DNA from: a virus
Virus record (IMG/VR): IMGVR_UViG_3300045988_090936
DNA: 58,728 bases
Strand: one strand, 5' to 3'
This document shows positions 1 through 10,000 of this stretch, piece after piece. Each line of letters begins with the position of its first letter. The stretch's first letter is position 1. Below the pieces are notes generated by a model. That model did no database searches and had not been told where the DNA came from. It saw nothing but the letters and a program-made list of their open reading frames with translations. The position numbers were made by a program, and so were the translations under genes.

Positions 1-119
1 ACTTTTTTTATCTACTCCATATTTCATAAACCTACTTGAACCACTAAATACCTGGTTAGTATATGGTTTAATGAATAGGAATTGAGGAAATAATGGACTT
101 TTTCTATTTACTGCCACTA
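1..119. repeat. 119-bp terminal overlap, identical to 58610..58728 (circular contig closure or terminal redundancy)
   Basis: Direct comparison: bases 1-119 (actttttttatctactcc...ctgccacta) recur exactly at the window end. Confidence 0.9.
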
Positions 120-209
120 TAAATCCTCCGTATATTACTTCTACCGTAAAAGGAGTTTTCCATCTATTACCTCTAGTATGAATTAAATCTCCTTCTTGAA
201 ACTTTCTTA
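1..209 (-). CDS. hypothetical protein, 5-prime part of a gene spanning the circular junction (continues in 58472..58609)
   Basis: ATG at 209..207 gives MVKLRKFQEGDLIHTRGNRWKTPFTVEVIYGGFIVAVNRKSPLF..., in frame with the truncated ORF at 58472..58726. Confidence 0.6.
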
Positions 210-212
210 ACT

Positions 213-704
213 TTACCATAATATCTTAAACTCCTTTAAATTCCTTCTTAATTGTCTATCTTGTCTTTTTATGTTCCATAAATATGTTGGTATACTTTTA
301 AGATATAACCATAATGATTTTTCTTTCAATTCTTGCAATGTTGATTCGGCTTGTACAGCTGCAAACTTTATCTTTAAGCATCTATTTTTTAATGCAATTA
401 AATCTCTATCTTTCCATATACCTTGTAACTTAACAAAGTTACTATCAGCATAGAACATTAAGCAATTACTATCTACTGTATTTTCTGCATGAGTTATTCT
501 TGCTAATGCTTCTTCATTCTCTGGTGGAAACATAGTTTTCAAATCCACTAAAACATACATACTTCTCATAAACAGATAATATTCATCTGTTCCTTGTTTT
601 CTTATTACATAACTTTTATTATTATTGTATATACTATGAACCTGGTAAAATTCTATTTTTGTATTATCTTTATTGTATGCTGCCAGAATTATTTTCTTTG
701 ACAT
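213..704 (-). CDS. hypothetical protein
   Basis: ORF track 213..746. Start moved to MSKKIILAAY, which is preceded by GAGAGGAG 10 nt upstream. Confidence 0.55.
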   Translation of the reverse strand: MSKKIILAAYNKDNTKIEFYQVHSIYNNNKSYVIRKQGTDEYYLFMRSMYVLVDLKTMFPPENEEALARITHAENTVDSNCLMFYADSNFVKLQGIWKDRDLIALKNRCLKIKFAAVQAESTLQELKEKSLWLYLKSIPTYLWNIKRQDRQLRRNLKEFKILW

Positions 705-900
705 TACTCTTATTCTCCTCTCGAAATAACTTATACTTTCTCTCATCTACCATAACTGAATCATATCCTTTGGCTGCAAATATCTCTGTTATTTTAGCAC
801 ATATTGCCCCTTCTTCAATACTATTCAATAATACTGGATGATAAGATTTTGTTGCTTTATCATAGTATAATACAAGTATTTCTCTTTCATTATTTTCCAT
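670..900 (-). CDS. hypothetical protein (76 aa)
   Basis: ORF in the same-strand gene train; start is coupled to the stop of the upstream gene. Confidence 0.5.
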   Translation of the reverse strand: MENNEREILVLYYDKATKSYHPVLLNSIEEGAICAKITEIFAAKGYDSVMVDERKYKLFREENKSNVKENNSGSIQ

Positions 901-1409
901 TACTTCTTATCCCCCTTTGCAACTACTGTTGTTACCTTTGATCTATCTACATTAACAAAGGTTACATTCATAGCTCCTTGTTGGTTTCCTTCTCTATCAA
1001 ATATATTAAAGCCATACATTCTATTCAATTCTTGGATTGAAGTGAATATTACTCTATGCATTGCTTCTGTAATACCATTATCTTGTATCTTTTCTTTTGC
1101 TAATCTTATTTCCTCTAAAAGTATTCTTACACCTTTATCAAAATCATACATATCACCAAGTATTTCATTATTTCTTATCTCTTCAAATAATACTTGTAAT
1201 CTTTTTATTACTCTTGGATTATTTTGTAATTCTTTTAGTAATCTATTTTGATTAAATTGTTCATATGTTCTTCTATTTGGATATGCTTGTAACATTGCTT
1301 CTAATGGTTCCATTCCTTTAGAAACATTCAAACAGAATTGTTCTTGCTCTTTTGATAATGCTTGATTTCTTACTTTCTTCGGAGCTTTTTCTTCTTTCTT
1401 CTCTGCCAT
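900..1409 (-). CDS. terminase small subunit-like HTH protein (located away from terL)
   Basis: N-terminal ALSKEQEQFCLNVSKGMEPLEAMLQAYPNRR resembles the LTxKQxxFxxxY...A...AGY HTH of Terminase_2-type small subunits; 169 aa is a typical size. Confidence 0.4.
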   Translation of the reverse strand: MAEKKEEKAPKKVRNQALSKEQEQFCLNVSKGMEPLEAMLQAYPNRRTYEQFNQNRLLKELQNNPRVIKRLQVLFEEIRNNEILGDMYDFDKGVRILLEEIRLAKEKIQDNGITEAMHRVIFTSIQELNRMYGFNIFDREGNQQGAMNVTFVNVDRSKVTTVVAKGDKK

Positions 1410-1570
1410 CAGAATAACCTCCTCTTAACTATTTTACGAACTTCTTGTAAATGTAATTGATAACACTTTGGTCCATAACCTTGAACCTGGGATTGATAAT
1501 TCTTTAATTTCTTACCACATCTTTTACATTTTAATTCTCTTTTGAATTCATATTTCTTTTCTATCTTCAT
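1409..1570 (-). CDS. small zinc-ribbon-like protein
   Basis: CKRCGKKL...GYGPKCY motif. Start moved to MKIEKKYEF behind TAGGAG, with an ATGA overlap to the upstream stop. Confidence 0.5.
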   Translation of the reverse strand: MKIEKKYEFKRELKCKRCGKKLKNYQSQVQGYGPKCYQLHLQEVRKIVKRRLF

Positions 1571-2502
1571 AATATTACTCCTATCAACCATTCCCAAGCA
1601 TATTGAGCTGGCATTCTACCACTTCTAATATCTTTATCAAGTTTATCTAAAGCCCATCTAATATCTAGTAAATCATTTTTAGTATATGGTACTCGATAAT
1701 CTCTTATCTCTTTTACTCTACCCCAGTATTCTCCAGCGTTATATGCTTTTGTTCCACCATCCCACTTTCCATAGATTTTAAGATATATGAAAATGTTAAC
1801 AGTGTTATATAGTTCAGGTATATAACTTAAGATATTACATTCATTCTTTTTTATGATGTTATAATATTCAGCTAGAAGATATGAATCTCTTGTTATAAAT
1901 GCATCAGCAAATTGTTTAGGAGTAGGTATTTCTTTTCTATCCATAAACAAACAAGCATAAGTCATTGCATCTATAGCATCATCATGATTCTCAACATAAT
2001 GATTATATTTGTTCATTTCCTCCACGATATTATTATACGAATTGAAACAATTATAAGCTATTCTCTTTGCGAAGTCTAATTTTATTTGATGGTTTTCTTT
2101 ATTAACATATTTGATAGCTATATCATTAGTTACATAATTAAAGGTAGTAATATAATCTTCAAATACTTTTTTGAATACACTCTTTTCTGGTATTTCATCA
2201 TATATCAATACAACACAATGCTTTCTAGATAATTCAATAAGTCTTTCATATACCTTTTCTTTTTGTTTAAGGTATTCCATATCATTGTATACAACATAAA
2301 CTAATTTAAGCTGAAATAAACTCTTTTTCTCCAATTCCTTATAAAGGTCTTGAACACTTTCTAAATATTTAATATTACCGTATAATTCACCTATTTTTTG
2401 ATAGTATATTTTTCTTATTAAATTCTCTTCCCCAGTAAAGATGTATAGATTATTTACTACCCCATCTTTTAATTCTTTTTTCAAATCTACTAATGATTTC
2501 AT
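1567..2502 (-). CDS. holA: DNA polymerase III delta subunit-like clamp-loader protein
   Basis: N-terminal LYIFTGEENLIRKIY pattern, size, and position directly after the DnaX and delta-prime homologues. Confidence 0.55.
   Translation of the reverse strand: MKSLVDLKKELKDGVVNNLYIFTGEENLIRKIYYQKIGELYGNIKYLESVQDLYKELEKKSLFQLKLVYVVYNDMEYLKQKEKVYERLIELSRKHCVVLIYDEIPEKSVFKKVFEDYITTFNYVTNDIAIKYVNKENHQIKLDFAKRIAYNCFNSYNNIVEEMNKYNHYVENHDDAIDAMTYACLFMDRKEIPTPKQFADAFITRDSYLLAEYYNIIKKNECNILSYIPELYNTVNIFIYLKIYGKWDGGTKAYNAGEYWGRVKEIRDYRVPYTKNDLLDIRWALDKLDKDIRSGRMPAQYAWEWLIGVIL
2032..2039 (-). promoter_or_regulatory. CGTATAAT motif copy (internal to the holA-like gene)
   Basis: Minus strand AATTCGTATAATAATATCGTGGAGG. 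Confidence 0.25.
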
Positions 2503-3299
2503 TCTACCATCTCCATTAACATATTATGAATAAGCATTTTATAGTTACTTATTGCTATTTTATTCAGTTGATATAGGGTTTTTTCAATAGCTTTGATATA
2601 TTTATATGAGCCATTTACTTTACTTACTATACCTGATTCTAATAACTCTAAATAAATCTTTATCTTATCCACATCATCATTACTAGACCAAAACTTATTT
2701 GATATTGTTCCAATGTCTTCAAGTTTCATTCCCTTTAATATGGCATCAATAGTAAAATTAGATAACTCAATTAGTTCTTCTATATCCTGCCTTTCTTTAT
2801 ATTTTCTTAATATGGATGGAGTAATATCCATTTTATAGTCGTTAATTAACGTATTTAACAAGGTTTCATCAAAAGACAGTATATTTATATAGTCTAATAT
2901 GTTTTCTTTAGAATATGGTTGAATATTCATATTATATGCCCTTGATACTAATGTATCTAGGAAATTATATGCTGATGTGGTTACTATTATCTTTGTTCCT
3001 GCTGGTGTTTCCTCTGCTACTTTAAGTAATGCTGCTTTGGCTGCTGGGCTTGATTTTTCAAAATCTTTAAAATGATAAACACAATTGTTATTATTTCTAT
3101 CACTTGATTCTACCAAACCTCTTATTGTATCTACCTTATTATCTAATAACTTATAGTGCATACCATAATGGTTAGCAATATACTTTACTAAATAAGTTTT
3201 ACCATAATGTTCTGGACCTCTTATTAAGATAAAAGTACTATTATCTATTTTTCCATTATCAATTAAATCTTTATTCTTTTCTTGTCCTACTAAATACAT
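2499..3299 (-). CDS. holB: DNA polymerase III delta-prime-like AAA+ clamp-loader subunit
   Basis: RGPEHYGKTYL P-loop-like motif; AALLKVAEETPAGTKIIVTT and TLVSRAYNMNIQPY match the LLKxLEEPP...SRC pattern. Confidence 0.65.
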   Translation of the reverse strand: MYLVGQEKNKDLIDNGKIDNSTFILIRGPEHYGKTYLVKYIANHYGMHYKLLDNKVDTIRGLVESSDRNNNNCVYHFKDFEKSSPAAKAALLKVAEETPAGTKIIVTTSAYNFLDTLVSRAYNMNIQPYSKENILDYINILSFDETLLNTLINDYKMDITPSILRKYKERQDIEELIELSNFTIDAILKGMKLEDIGTISNKFWSSNDDVDKIKIYLELLESGIVSKVNGSYKYIKAIEKTLYQLNKIAISNYKMLIHNMLMEMVE

Positions 3300-4345
3300 C
3301 TCTCAATCACCCAAGCTTCCAATAATACTTTAATATCCATCTTCGGTGCATTGATTACATTGTAAAGCTTTTGTGTATAATCTCTTATTTGATTAGTAAT
3401 GTTTTTAGGACAACTTTCTAAAATATCATTCGGAAGATTAGATACGCTAGTATTATTTAGTATTAAATATTTTTGTAAGTTTAATAGAAATTCAAAATAC
3501 ATATTAAGTAATAATCCCATATCTATTCCACTCATAAAGAATTCATCTAACTTCTTAATTGCTGCTTCTGTATTCTTACTTAATAATAGTTTTGTAAAAT
3601 CATATAATTCATATGGTGTTACCCCACTAGATAATACTTTAACTACATTTTCTAATGATAAATTCTTGTTATATTGTAAACATTTATCTAATGTTGTAAT
3701 AGCATCTCTCATTCCACCTTGTGCTTGTTTTGCTATATAATCAATAGCAGCATCTTCATAAGTAATGGCATTGGCTTCATATTCTCCTGGTGCAAAATCA
3801 TTTCCAGCTTTATTACACATTTCTTCATTCTCTTGTTCAATTATGTATTTCAATCTTTTGATTATACCCTCTTTTGATATTCTTTGGAAGTTATATCTTT
3901 GTACCCTTGATAATATAGTTCTTGGAATCTTTTGTGGGTCTGTTGTACAGAATATAAAGATTGTACTAGCTGGTGGTTCTTCTAATAACTTTAACATTGC
4001 TTGCCAAGCTGCATTTGATAATGAGTGACACTCATCTATTATGTATATTTTATATTTACTATCTAATGCTTTAAACTTACTATCATTGATAATCTTTCTT
4101 ACATCATCAACACTATTATTTGAAGCTGCATCTAATTCTATTGGTTTACCTTTACCATCATTTATCATATCAGCAACTATTCTTGCACAAGTAGTTTTAC
4201 CAGTACCAGCACCACCACAGAATAAATAAGCATTTCTAATATCATTATCTTTTATTTGATTTTCTATGATGGTTTTAATTGCACCTTGTTCTGATACATC
4301 TTCAAATCTTTTTGGTCTATATTTATTTGCTAATGGTTGTGCCAT
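3290..4345 (-). CDS. dnaX: DNA polymerase III gamma/tau-like clamp-loader ATPase
   Basis: KYRPKRFEDV, GGAGTGKTT (Walker A), IYIIDECHSLS (Walker B), LLKLLEEPP, TILSRVQRYNFQRI. Confidence 0.9.
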   Translation of the reverse strand: MAQPLANKYRPKRFEDVSEQGAIKTIIENQIKDNDIRNAYLFCGGAGTGKTTCARIVADMINDGKGKPIELDAASNNSVDDVRKIINDSKFKALDSKYKIYIIDECHSLSNAAWQAMLKLLEEPPASTIFIFCTTDPQKIPRTILSRVQRYNFQRISKEGIIKRLKYIIEQENEEMCNKAGNDFAPGEYEANAITYEDAAIDYIAKQAQGGMRDAITTLDKCLQYNKNLSLENVVKVLSSGVTPYELYDFTKLLLSKNTEAAIKKLDEFFMSGIDMGLLLNMYFEFLLNLQKYLILNNTSVSNLPNDILESCPKNITNQIRDYTQKLYNVINAPKMDIKVLLEAWVIERCI

Positions 4346-4348
4346 TTA

Positions 4349-4726
4349 TTATTCCTCCTCATCAGTTTCTTCTTCAATACCAAAGTATCCTAGTAATCTT
4401 TCTGTTGACATATAATAATGACCTCTTTGTGCTAATCTAGTTGTGAATACTCTTAATTGCCATCTTGTTTTAAAATAAGTATCCACTAGCTCTTTACTAG
4501 CACCAGGTTTATCTGCTTTATATTCTATCAACATTCTAATAAGGTTTAAGTATTTATCTTTATTGATATTTAATGCAATTACTTCTTTACCTTTACTTGC
4601 ATACTCTAATGCTTCTTGTAAAGTAAATTGTTGCATCCCACCTTTATCTAATAAAGTTCTTTCAATCTTAACTGGTCTACCAACTCTTTTAAGTTGTTTC
4701 TTACAATATTCTTCAGATATTTTCAT
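4349..4726 (-). CDS. hypothetical protein with acidic C-terminus
   Basis: ORF in the gene train; no recognisable motif. Confidence 0.5.
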   Translation of the reverse strand: MKISEEYCKKQLKRVGRPVKIERTLLDKGGMQQFTLQEALEYASKGKEVIALNINKDKYLNLIRMLIEYKADKPGASKELVDTYFKTRWQLRVFTTRLAQRGHYYMSTERLLGYFGIEEETDEEE

Positions 4727-5046
4727 AGGTATTCACCTCCTCCTGGTTTTTGTATATTATAATCTCGATGGTCTTCATACCATCTATCTAAATATTTCTT
4801 TAATCTTTTAAACATAGGCATTAGTTCCATACCTTCATCGTGGTAATAAACATGTACCTTTCCCTCTTTACCCTTTCTACCTAATTTAATATCATACATT
4901 TGTAATTCTGATATCAAAGGTTGTCGTTTAAAGTATAGAGTAAAACCACTTCTATCTATAAGATTTCCTATCTCCCTCATGATATTTTCCATTTGAGTAG
5001 TTTTAGGTACTGGTGATTCCATCAAATCTTTAAACATCTCGTTCAT
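4723..5046 (-). CDS. hypothetical protein
   Basis: ORF in the gene train, with overlapping stop/start codons. Confidence 0.5.
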   Translation of the reverse strand: MNEMFKDLMESPVPKTTQMENIMREIGNLIDRSGFTLYFKRQPLISELQMYDIKLGRKGKEGKVHVYYHDEGMELMPMFKRLKKYLDRWYEDHRDYNIQKPGGGEYL

Positions 5047-5356
5047 AGTTTTCCACCAAGAATTTCATCATCTTACTATCAATGATAAAATAATCCTTTC
5101 CATCTCCGAAGTCAAACCCAATAGCACATTCTAATTTACCCATTGAGAATTGTTCTTCTTTTAATTTCTCTAACCATTCTTTTTTAATGGATACAGATTT
5201 ACAAGGAGATGTACTAGTTTTACATTCTACTAAAAATGCCATAGTTCTTACATCTCCTTTATAGAAATCTGTTGCTCCACTATTTGCATTGACTTTACCA
5301 TTTAATAATTTAGCAATTCTTTGTTCCTGTTCATAACTATATTTTCTGGTATTCAT
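5030..5356 (-). CDS. PD-(D/E)xK-type nuclease, possible Holliday junction resolvase
   Basis: E..RI...L......SGAT...KGDV....LVECKTS pattern typical of small resolvase-like nucleases. Confidence 0.5.
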   Translation of the reverse strand: MNTRKYSYEQEQRIAKLLNGKVNANSGATDFYKGDVRTMAFLVECKTSTSPCKSVSIKKEWLEKLKEEQFSMGKLECAIGFDFGDGKDYFIIDSKMMKFLVENYERDV

Positions 5357-5374
5357 AATATTACCTCCTCATAG

Positions 5375-6421
5375 TTAATTATACGAAATCAATGCTTCTA
5401 ACTTCTTAAACAATTCCTTGTTTTCTTTTATTACTTTTATAAGATTTGGTTTACCTTGAATCTTTTCATCATATAATACTTCTCCTGTATCAGGATTGAT
5501 TATATCATAGTAAGAACCTCTTTGTAATATTGCTCCAAGCTGTATTAGTACATCTATAGTATCTGAAATATAATCTATACCTTCTAAATAATTTAATGTA
5601 TAGAATCCCATTCTTCTATCACTTCTACAAACTTTAGATTTTTCTATTTTTACTTTTACTAAATTACCAGCTGGATTCTCTGCCCCTCTAGTTAATTCTT
5701 TGTTATTAACATCTATGAAATTTCCTTGTTGGAACATTAACCTTACAGAACAATTATGCTTGAATCCTCTTCCTCCTGGTGTTATGAATTCATTATATGG
5801 ATTATTTAAGTCTTCTCTCACTTGGTTAATCATAATACACATACAATTATATTTTCCAAGTAATGGTACTATTATATTACAAAACTTTGTAAGAGACATT
5901 GCTATTCCACCATATTGTTTTTTCTCTATATCTTCCTCGAATGCTGATTTACTAACTAATTGAGCCACACTATCTAAAACTATTAAACCTATTTCTCCAG
6001 TTTCAATTACTGTTCTCATAATTTCAAATATTTGTTCAGCATATTGCTCTTGTGGTTTAATAAGTAATAAGTCTTTTACATTAACTCCAAGTTTAGTAGC
6101 CCATTCAACATCGAATGTATTTTCTGCATCAACAAAACAAACTCTTCTCTTTTCTGTTTTATTCTTTTTGGCTTCTTCAGCAAACTTTATTTGACATTGT
6201 TTTACCATATCTAAAGCTGTAGTAGTTTTACCACTTCTTTCAGCTCCGGCAAATTCTATCATTCTACCCATTGGTAAACCACCATACATCATATAATTTA
6301 ATCTTGGAGAACTAAATGGGACTTTTTCATATTTAATAAGTTCAGCATCATTACCATTAAAGGCAATTTCTTCTTTATACTCTTTATTGATTTCTTTAAT
6401 AATCGAATCTAATTTACTCAT
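5375..6421 (-). CDS. recA: RecA-family recombinase
   Basis: GAERSGKTT Walker A; LIVLDSVAQL Walker B; RecA-like loop region MINQVRED...GGRGFKH. Confidence 0.85.
   Translation of the reverse strand: MSKLDSIIKEINKEYKEEIAFNGNDAELIKYEKVPFSSPRLNYMMYGGLPMGRMIEFAGAERSGKTTTALDMVKQCQIKFAEEAKKNKTEKRRVCFVDAENTFDVEWATKLGVNVKDLLLIKPQEQYAEQIFEIMRTVIETGEIGLIVLDSVAQLVSKSAFEEDIEKKQYGGIAMSLTKFCNIIVPLLGKYNCMCIMINQVREDLNNPYNEFITPGGRGFKHNCSVRLMFQQGNFIDVNNKELTRGAENPAGNLVKVKIEKSKVCRSDRRMGFYTLNYLEGIDYISDTIDVLIQLGAILQRGSYYDIINPDTGEVLYDEKIQGKPNLIKVIKENKELFKKLEALISYN
5378..5385 (-). promoter_or_regulatory. CGTATAAT motif copy
   Basis: ATTTCGTATAATTAACTATGAGGAGG, 21 nt before the ATG of 5030..5356; overlaps the recA stop. 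Confidence 0.45.
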
Positions 6422-6909
6422 CTTCTTACCCCATTTCCTATCTGATATTCCATCATTCTGGCATCAAATATTCTTTTCAAACTATTAATCATTTCTTGAG
6501 CCATTTCTATCTTGGCTCTAATTAACTTATATGCTCTTTGATATATAATTTCATTGATGGCTTCATTTATTACTTGACTTTCAGCAGTAGTATTTTTATC
6601 AGCTACAGTACCATTTGCTTTTTCTCTTGCAATATTGTAATTAGCTTTTTTAGTCATTTCAGCAATATCTTGTTTGATACCTACTGCCTCCTGACCTTCA
6701 TTTACGAAGTATAGTATTGATGGTAATTGTGCTAATAAATCTTCTATCTCCTGGTTAGTAATCTTATCTTTACTTTGAAATATAGATTTACATGTTCCCA
6801 TAACTTTATCAAGTTCTTGAGTAAACTCTTTAGAAATATTAAATGCTATATCTTCAATCAGTTTACTATTTTCCGAGATTTCCTGGTTTAATAACAAGTT
6901 TTCCTTCAT
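6418..6909 (-). CDS. hypothetical coiled-coil protein
   Basis: ORF in the gene train. Confidence 0.5.
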   Translation of the reverse strand: MKENLLLNQEISENSKLIEDIAFNISKEFTQELDKVMGTCKSIFQSKDKITNQEIEDLLAQLPSILYFVNEGQEAVGIKQDIAEMTKKANYNIAREKANGTVADKNTTAESQVINEAINEIIYQRAYKLIRAKIEMAQEMINSLKRIFDARMMEYQIGNGVRR

Positions 6910-7099
6910 CTACTTTTTCCTCCTTTGTCATGCGAATCATTTCACACATAACACATTCTATCTTACCAGTCTTCTTATTTGGTAACCATAAACTAAAACG
7001 ATGGCATTCAGGACATCTATGTTTAGGTTTTCTTCCGAATGCTTGAGATAGAACTTTCTTATCTTTTTCATCCCTCATTTTCTTCGCTAGGTTTGACAT
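6866..7099 (-). CDS. zinc-ribbon protein
   Basis: CPECH...CVMCE; GGAGGAGG RBS 9 nt upstream of the ATG. Confidence 0.55.
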   Translation of the reverse strand: MSNLAKKMRDEKDKKVLSQAFGRKPKHRCPECHRFSLWLPNKKTGKIECVMCEMIRMTKEEKVDEGKLVIKPGNLGK

Positions 7100-7436
7100 C
7101 TTCTTTTTCCTCCTCCCCTATACCATAAACAAGTTTGAACCAATCATCAGCAGTCATTGTTATTAACCAAGGTCTATTATTCTTTCTATGTGCAACTATT
7201 GGTAAATCCCCTTTAACCTTGTTATCTCTTATTGCCTGGTCTATAGCATTATCTATATTCAAATGTTCAACCCTCTTAACTTCTATATGTATACCAGGTA
7301 TTCCAACACAATCTGCTAAAGATTCTAATTCCTTTCCATTATATTGTGCAGTTCTTCTTACATCAAATCCTTTAGTTTTACAATAATTGGCAAACTCTCT
7401 TTCACCTGCAGCACCTTTCTGCTTACTATTTATCAT
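7068..7436 (-). CDS. PD-(D/E)xK endonuclease, resolvase-like
   Basis: KGAAGEREFANY...DCVGIPGIHIEVKR...PIVAHRKNNRPWLITM pattern seen in phage resolvase-type nucleases. Confidence 0.55.
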   Translation of the reverse strand: MINSKQKGAAGEREFANYCKTKGFDVRRTAQYNGKELESLADCVGIPGIHIEVKRVEHLNIDNAIDQAIRDNKVKGDLPIVAHRKNNRPWLITMTADDWFKLVYGIGEEEKEDVKPSEENEG

Positions 7437-7447
7437 AAATAATCCTC

Positions 7448-8287
7448 CTATAAATGTTTAGAACATTCTCTCTTATATCTACAATACTCACATACTTTTG
7501 CTGATGGACCTGTTACTCTATCTTGTCCTCCGACAAAGTTAGGGTCTATATCTTTGTTAGTAATCTTTGGTGGCACTATATCACTATTTACATATTCTTC
7601 ACATTTCTTAATTTTATCTACAACCTTTACCCTCTTATCTTCTTCCGTAACATGATATAGAAATGATTTCTTATTACAGAAATTTCTATCTTCATATACG
7701 AATAATGTATCAGGTATACCAAAGTTTAATGAATAACAAGCTGCTTGTGTTTGGTGCATTAGTTCTTCTTTTTCTCTTGAATTAAACTTTTGACTTACCT
7801 CTGTTTTATACTCAAATATAAAATACTTGTTCTCAGGTATATATTTGATTATACCATCGGTAAAGAAACTCATGTTATATCTTTTATTGAAACAGTGGGT
7901 TTCCATTCCTTTTTTCTCTTTTATTTCTATATCTACTAGGTTATGTTCTTTGACATAAGTTTCTACATCTATATATTCAAATTCCATTCCTAGTCCCTTC
8001 ATCTCGTTTAACACCCTTTGTATTCTATCATGTCTATCGGTACCACTTTCGCATATACCAATAAATGAAGGGTCTTTCTTTTCTTCCTCCGGTTCTACTC
8101 CTTTTCGAACAAAGTACATTTGTCTCATACATATTAAGCTTGATGGTTTATAATAAATTGATGGCTTATAATCTGGTTCAAGTTTAACTATTGCCTCATT
8201 TATTCTTTTAAGAAATAAGGAGGCTACATTCTTACTAGCCTCCTCTTCTTTAATAAGGTTAGAGACTGAAAATAATCCCCTCGCCAT
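7448..8287 (-). CDS. Cas4/RecB-like PD-(D/E)xK exonuclease with an Fe-S cysteine cluster
   Basis: N-terminal Cys (SSLICMRQ) plus C-terminal CEYCRYKREC; FEYKTE core. Confidence 0.7.
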   Translation of the reverse strand: MARGLFSVSNLIKEEEASKNVASLFLKRINEAIVKLEPDYKPSIYYKPSSLICMRQMYFVRKGVEPEEEKKDPSFIGICESGTDRHDRIQRVLNEMKGLGMEFEYIDVETYVKEHNLVDIEIKEKKGMETHCFNKRYNMSFFTDGIIKYIPENKYFIFEYKTEVSQKFNSREKEELMHQTQAACYSLNFGIPDTLFVYEDRNFCNKKSFLYHVTEEDKRVKVVDKIKKCEEYVNSDIVPPKITNKDIDPNFVGGQDRVTGPSAKVCEYCRYKRECSKHL

Positions 8288-8289
8288 TA

Positions 8290-9375
8290 CTAATCCTCTA
8301 ATAAAGCTGTTATTTGAATTATATCTTTTTGAACCATCTTAATAGCTCTATCATTATCTCCAAAGAAAATAGTTATATTATCATCAGGTAATACATCTAA
8401 TTGTTCTTTAAGATTTTTAATATCAACTAAAGCATTAAATTCTACTAAACCATCCACAACTGCTTTTGAATACTTAATATCTTCTTGTACTGTTTCTTCT
8501 ACTGAAGCAATACTTAATCTATCTTTCTTAAATGTTAGGTTAATACCATTTCTATCAAAGTCTTTGATAAATAGTAATGCTCTATCTAAAATATCTAATA
8601 ATTCTTTTTTACTAATATCTGCATTATAAGTAAATGAAGAAGATAACATAGATTGAATTGCCTCTAATGGATAATTCTCTCTATCTTGTCCTATAACACT
8701 TTGAATGATATAATCATTATCAAATATTGTTAAGGTATTAGTTTCTGATACATAATCTAATTTACCTTTTTCGATTCCTAATGACATTAAGATATTTCCT
8801 AACTCCCTGCTAATGAATAGTTCTTTTGCTTTTAATGATTCAATATTTGGAACTGATGATACTTTAAATGCATCTGAAGCAATTATTTGTGCTGCTAGGT
8901 AATAGTTATTCATTTCTTTAGCATCAAATGAAGCAGGTATTGAAGATTTGGCAATTTCTAATCTTCTTGTTAATTCTTTGAAATCTATTTCAGTACCATT
9001 ACCAGCTGGTTCCTTTATCTCTGGAAACTTAATTACTTCTCCACTTTCATCTATACCAATATCTAAATAGTATAGACCATTACCTTCAATTACTAAAGCA
9101 TTACCATTCATATCAAATCCTATTTCAGGAGTTGTTATTTTATTAACTAGGCTAGTTAGTAATTGAACATCTACTACTACTCTCATTTCATCTGTTGTTT
9201 CTACCTTTTCTTTTATTTGGAAAGTAGTTCTTGTATCTGTAGTAGTAATACTTAAATAACCACCTTCTATTTTAACTTCAGTTAATATTGTTAGTGGTGA
9301 AAACTTATCTAAACTACAAACCTTAACGGCTTTGTTTAACATCTTCTGAATACTTTCGGTTTTAACTTTTATCAT
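8290..9375 (-). CDS. dnaN: DNA polymerase III beta sliding clamp
   Basis: 361 aa; N-terminal pattern (LNKAVKV......PLTILTEVKIEGGYLSITTTD) typical of DnaN. Confidence 0.75.
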   Translation of the reverse strand: MIKVKTESIQKMLNKAVKVCSLDKFSPLTILTEVKIEGGYLSITTTDTRTTFQIKEKVETTDEMRVVVDVQLLTSLVNKITTPEIGFDMNGNALVIEGNGLYYLDIGIDESGEVIKFPEIKEPAGNGTEIDFKELTRRLEIAKSSIPASFDAKEMNNYYLAAQIIASDAFKVSSVPNIESLKAKELFISRELGNILMSLGIEKGKLDYVSETNTLTIFDNDYIIQSVIGQDRENYPLEAIQSMLSSSFTYNADISKKELLDILDRALLFIKDFDRNGINLTFKKDRLSIASVEETVQEDIKYSKAVVDGLVEFNALVDIKNLKEQLDVLPDDNITIFFGDNDRAIKMVQKDIIQITALLED

Positions 9376-9385
9376 TTTCTTCCTC

Positions 9386-9997
9386 CTATTTTACATTTCT
9401 TGCCACTAATTCAGCGGCTTTTCTTTCAAACTCATTTCGAGCTTCTTTATCATTTCTTAAATCTTCAGTCATGAATGTTACATTGGTGCTACCTGATGCC
9501 TTAACCCCTCTTGCACTTACGCATCCATGTTTCATATTAAGATTTACATATACTTCTTTTGACCCAGTTGCCAAAGAAATACATTCAGCTATATCAGATG
9601 CTAGTTTTTCTTGTAACTGTAATCTTTTAGAACACATTTCTACTATTCTATATAATTTACTTAATCCTAACACTTTATATGTTCCATTTTCATTCTTAAC
9701 TGGAATATAACCTATTACTGCAGAACCATCAAACATTAGTGCTAAATGATGTTCGCAATGGCTATATATATTCTCTTGATATATTGTTACAATAGGATCA
9801 TATCCTACTTCAAAGTTTTTGCTATACTTTTCAGCAATTTCTTTGTTGGTATATTCTTCTCCTTCTAAAAGTTCTTGCCAGTAACCAGCAATTCTTCTTG
9901 GAGTTTCCTTTAATCCTTCTCTTTCAACATCTTGACCCATTGCAACTAGTAATTGCTTTGCAGCTTCTTTTACTGCTTCATAATTGAATTTTCCCAT
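9386..9997 (-). CDS. folE: GTP cyclohydrolase I
   Basis: GLKETPRR, YSHCEHHLALMFDGSAVIGYIP, HGCVSARGV motifs. Confidence 0.9.
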   Translation of the reverse strand: MGKFNYEAVKEAAKQLLVAMGQDVEREGLKETPRRIAGYWQELLEGEEYTNKEIAEKYSKNFEVGYDPIVTIYQENIYSHCEHHLALMFDGSAVIGYIPVKNENGTYKVLGLSKLYRIVEMCSKRLQLQEKLASDIAECISLATGSKEVYVNLNMKHGCVSARGVKASGSTNVTFMTEDLRNDKEARNEFERKAAELVARNVK

Positions 9998-10000
9998 AAT

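Noticed and set aside
1-119. The 119-bp end repeat as a biological direct terminal repeat
   Set aside because: It is exact, lies within a coding sequence and is of assembler k-mer-like length, so a circular-contig overlap is the simpler explanation. This cannot be excluded without read data.
5378-5396. TTGATT directly upstream of the CGTATAAT copy at the end of recA, as a possible -35 box
   Set aside because: It lies only 3 nt from the TATAAT, far short of the 16-18 nt needed, and the other nine motif copies have no equivalent.
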